This document shows, piece by piece, positions 60,539-64,000 of a stretch of DNA of 64,000 nt. Source of the DNA: Macrostomum lignano (taxonomy: Eukaryota); NCBI GenBank assembly GCA_002269645.1, contig NIVC01000491.1, forward strand, positions 124,001-188,000. Direction: 5' to 3'. The first letter of the stretch is position 1. Each line of letters begins with the position of its first letter. The notes below the pieces were generated by a model. That model had not been told where the DNA came from and did not search any database. It saw only the letters and a list, made by a program, of their open reading frames with translations. Made by a program: the position numbers and the translations under genes.

Positions 60539-61840
60539 ATGAATCCGGACTCCAATGCAACAGACGGTAACGTCACTGATGGCAGGCCTGGCACTTTTGC
60601 ATCGGTCCTGAGTCCGCTGCACATCCAGGTGATCTTGGGCTTGTGCTACGCCTCCATGGCCCTGCTAATTGCCTGCCTGTGGCTGTTGAGTCGCCGGCCA
60701 TTTGTCAGGTATCGGCTGAGCTGCCTGTTGCTGGTTCGCTGGAACTGCGCGGCAGACTTGGCCTGCCTGCTCAACAAGACCTGCTTTGCGTTGTTGGACC
60801 GGCCGGAAATGCTGGAGAATGCCGGGCAGCACGTGGCCGCCTGGGTGTGCAAGCTGTACCACTTCAGCGACAATGCGACTTTGACCCTGCAGGTGTGGGC
60901 GCTCACCCTGTTTGCTATGGAACGGGCGGCGATGTGCCTTCGACTGAAATTTGCGCTGAAACACTTCAACGCTTTCCGCCTGAAAATTGGCGTCACCGTA
61001 GCCGGGATTGTTGGTGTCGCTGCGCACCTCAACTACCTGTGGATGTTCAGCATTGTTGGCGAAGGCCTGAGCAATCGCGGAGGCGGACGCGAAGACGCCA
61101 CCGACAGCTCCGGAGATTCGTCGGGTGAGTCGCGGGCCGAACTGATCTGTAGCGTACTGCCCGAGTTCCACTCCGTGTACAGCGTGGCCGTGATCCTGGA
61201 AGTCTTCGTCAATATCTATGGCCCAATTCTGATCTGCGCTGCTTCCACCGCGGCCGTACTGGTTGGTTGGCTCTGCGGCAGGGCGGAGCAGCTCAGTCCG
61301 TTTGGTGGCAGCTTGCCCGGATCCGCTCGCGAGTGCCAGCACCAGCAGCACCAGCAGCAGTTCAGACGCGGCCGGGCCAGCAACAGTCTGAACGGAGCGA
61401 CGCCCGATGGTCGACCGACTGAGCTGGCAACGTTTCAAAGCGCCGAGTTGGTGAACATCAGCGCCAGGGTCCTGTTTCTAGCCTTGGCCTTGCTCTGCTA
61501 CCCGCCACTGGCAGTGACCGGCTTGTTCAAAGCTCACACCGTCCACAGCCGTTCCGAGCTGTCTCAGAGTATCTACCCGATTCTCTACTACATTCTGCAG
61601 CCGATCAAAAACATTCTGAGCGCTCTGTTTCACTTTGCATTCGTTGCCTACTTGCTGGTGGCGCACAGGAACTCAGCTTGTCGACGCATTCTGGGGCGCA
61701 AGTACGCCGCCGTGCGCCTGCAGACATCGGGCGACCAGTTGGAGCTTCAAGAGCGCAACGATGGAGAAAGCGGCCGAGATCAGCTGTCCGAACAGCAGCA
61801 GGCGGCTGTTCCAATGAAACGACTTGAAAATTGTACCTAA
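60539..61840 (+). CDS. Intronless divergent class A (rhodopsin-like) GPCR, probably peptide-receptor-like orphan
   Basis: 433-aa ORF with seven hydrophobic segments; N-terminal sequons NAT and NVT; TM2 AADL; TM3 WVCK...MERA; ECL2 Cys (LICS); TM5 YGPILI; TM6 LLCYPP. Confidence 0.85.
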   Translation: MNPDSNATDGNVTDGRPGTFASVLSPLHIQVILGLCYASMALLIACLWLLSRRPFVRYRLSCLLLVRWNCAADLACLLNKTCFALLDRPEMLENAGQHVAAWVCKLYHFSDNATLTLQVWALTLFAMERAAMCLRLKFALKHFNAFRLKIGVTVAGIVGVAAHLNYLWMFSIVGEGLSNRGGGREDATDSSGDSSGESRAELICSVLPEFHSVYSVAVILEVFVNIYGPILICAASTAAVLVGWLCGRAEQLSPFGGSLPGSARECQHQQHQQQFRRGRASNSLNGATPDGRPTELATFQSAELVNISARVLFLALALLCYPPLAVTGLFKAHTVHSRSELSQSIYPILYYILQPIKNILSALFHFAFVAYLLVAHRNSACRRILGRKYAAVRLQTSGDQLELQERNDGESGRDQLSEQQQAAVPMKRLENCT

Positions 61841-61927
61841 AAATATTGTAGCATTGTCACACTGTTGTTAAATCGATTTTGTTGTAGTGTCTTTTCTTTT
61901 GTACAACTGTTGTTGCATACCAGAACA

Positions 61928-62300
61928 TTGGGGAGAAAGGGAGAGAGGGGAGAGGGGAGAGAGGGAGAGAGAGGAGAGAGAAGGGAGGAAGGGAGAGAAG
62001 GGAGAGGGGAGAGAAGAAGAGAGAGATGAGAGAGAAAGGAGAAAGAAGGGAGGAAGGGAGAGAAGGGAGAGGGGGAGAGAAGAAGAGAGAGATGAGAGAG
62101 AGAGGAGAGAGAAGGGAGGAAGGGAGAGAAGGGAGAGGGGAGAGAAGGGAGAGGGGAAGAGAAGAAGGGAGAGATGAGAGAGAGAGGAGAGAGAATGGAG
62201 GAAGGGAGAGAAGGGGGAGAGAAGGGAGAGGGGAAGAGAAGAAGGGAGAGATGAGAGAGAGGAGAGAGAGAAGGGAGGAAGGGAGAGGAGAGAGAGAGTA
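61928..62300. repeat. GA-rich polypurine tract
   Basis: Direct observation. Confidence 0.9.
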
Positions 62301-62887
62301 AAAATCTGCAACCGCAGACCTCTAAAAAGCATTCTACAAGCGTCGTATTATTGATATTATTCATTTTGATAATTTTGCCACGTTATTCGATGTTATGAAA
62401 AATATTTATCCGCATAATACTTTAGCCAATAGGGTATGTATTTTTCTGTAGACGCGTCAATTAAAGGTTAAACCGTCCCGCAGTGTTTGACTGATCTGCA
62501 GTGGGCGAACAAATCACTTTGCTACATACACAGCAGCTGCTGTTTTCAATGTCTGAATTGATTGATTGGGTGTTAGTATTTTATATCGATTGGCACGATG
62601 GCAATGCTAAGTTCTGACAATAAGCGTAGATTGTATTTATTGGATTTGTTTGAAATAAATTATTAAATCTATACATGTCTCACAGTTTGAGTCAAACGCA
62701 TTGGGACTGCAGTCAACTAAGGGAAGAAACAAATATACTCGTAGGAAATTGTACTCCAATAGGTTTTGCGTTATTCTAAAATAGTTTTGTACAAATTTAT
62801 TTAGCATTGAGTAGGTAATTAATTATCACACTACAAGATAAAGGAGTCATTGGGTGCATGCAGAAGTGCAAATAAGTTGTTGAGATG

Positions 62888-63365
62888 AAGAAAAAGGAGG
62901 GAAGAGAAAAGGGAGAGGAAGGGAGAGAGGAAGGGAGAGAGGAAGGGAGAGGAAGGGAGAGGAAGGGAGAGGAAGGGAGAGGAAGGGAGAGGAAGGGAGA
63001 GGAAGGGAGAGGAAGGGAGAGGAAGGGAGAGGAAGGGAGAGGAAGGGAGAGGAAGGGAGAGGAAGGGAGAGGAACGGAGAGGAACGGAGAGGAAGGGAGA
63101 GGAACGGAGAGGAACGGAGAGGAACGGAGAGGAAGGGAGAGGAACGGAGAGGAAATGCGAGGAAGGGAGAGGAAGGGAGAGGAAATGCAAGGAAGAGAGA
63201 GGAAGGGAGAGGAAGGGAGAGGAACGGAGAGGAACGAAGAGGAAGGGAGAGAGAAAGTGAGGGAGTGAGAGAGGAGGGGTAAAAGAAGCAAAAGTAGGAA
63301 CACTTAAAAGGGACATGAAAGGGGGAGAGAGAGAAGAGAGTTAGGGAGAAAAGGAAGGGAGAGAA
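62888..63365. repeat. (GGAAGGGAGA)n 10-bp polypurine repeat
   Basis: Direct observation. Confidence 0.93.
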
Positions 63366-64000
63366 TGATAAATGACATTGCAAGCAAGTGTGGTGTGATC
63401 AACAGCAGAACAATGTCAGAAGTGCACATTGATTCATGTCAGAATTAAAAGCAAAAGCAGAAAATTTCACCCCTTGTATGGGCTGAAGCATAAATTATTA
63501 GTCTGTAATAATGACTTAAAATAATTGAGTCAACTAAAAAAACAGCTGAAGCCACTAGCTATCTGATTATTACAGAGTTCGGTTACATCTAATTACAGAC
63601 AGTTTTACTGTCTATTCAACTTCATTCAGTACCCTTTTTCCTAAATGTTGTACAGTTGCGTCAAGTCCACACAGCACTACGCCTCTGACGTAGATAGGCT
63701 GCAGGCTTTTCGCGAGTATTTTCAGCCCCACTCCAACACCCCTTCCCGGATTTACAGCAGACTAAAGCCGTGGCCTCCTGTGTGGAGTTGAGATAAAAGC
63801 AGGACAAGTTCAGCGAACTGTAGTTCCTTCGTTTCGGCCGTCAGAGAATCTTCCGTGTAAGAGAAATGCAATACCATACTTGGCAATGAGCGATTAGAGC
63901 AAGCACTAAATATTAGTGTACTCCAACAGCTCTGTAATGCACTGTAGACGCCTAAATCTGTGTCATTATTGGCGACCTAAATCTGTCAACATTGGCGCCC

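Overview
Repeat-rich eukaryotic (metazoan) genomic DNA with GT-AG introns. The GC-rich exons and heavy simple-repeat load suggest a flatworm such as Macrostomum, but that is inference only. Five host genes can be reconstructed by hand: (1) a minus-strand, >=8-exon, >=948-aa protein with eight EF-hand-pair modules (CFAP115/EFCAB6-like, running off the left edge); (2) a minus-strand psq/CENP-B-type HTH protein with a BEN-like C-terminus; (3) a plus-strand long-chain acyl-CoA synthetase with two apparently alternative first exons (membrane anchor versus MGxxxS myristoylation motif); (4) a CCDC62 orthologue; (5) an intronless divergent class A GPCR. Between ~40.4 and 54.6 kb is a nested transposon stack. 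A 40-bp satellite is split by a Mag-like Ty3/Gypsy element. That element is split, with a 12-bp TSD, by a full-length Ingi-type non-LTR retrotransposon, whose (CA)n tail holds a TIR element carrying a 664-bp tandem array. The most striking signal is the 5' end of the LINE: an HDV-like ribozyme fold, then an AUG-less short leader ending in a 2A (DVEKNPGP) ribosome-skipping motif, then three PHD fingers fused to APE-RT-RNase H. A foldback-like element with an 8-bp TSD sits in a separate 55-bp satellite. All calls were made by reading the sequence; no searches were run.
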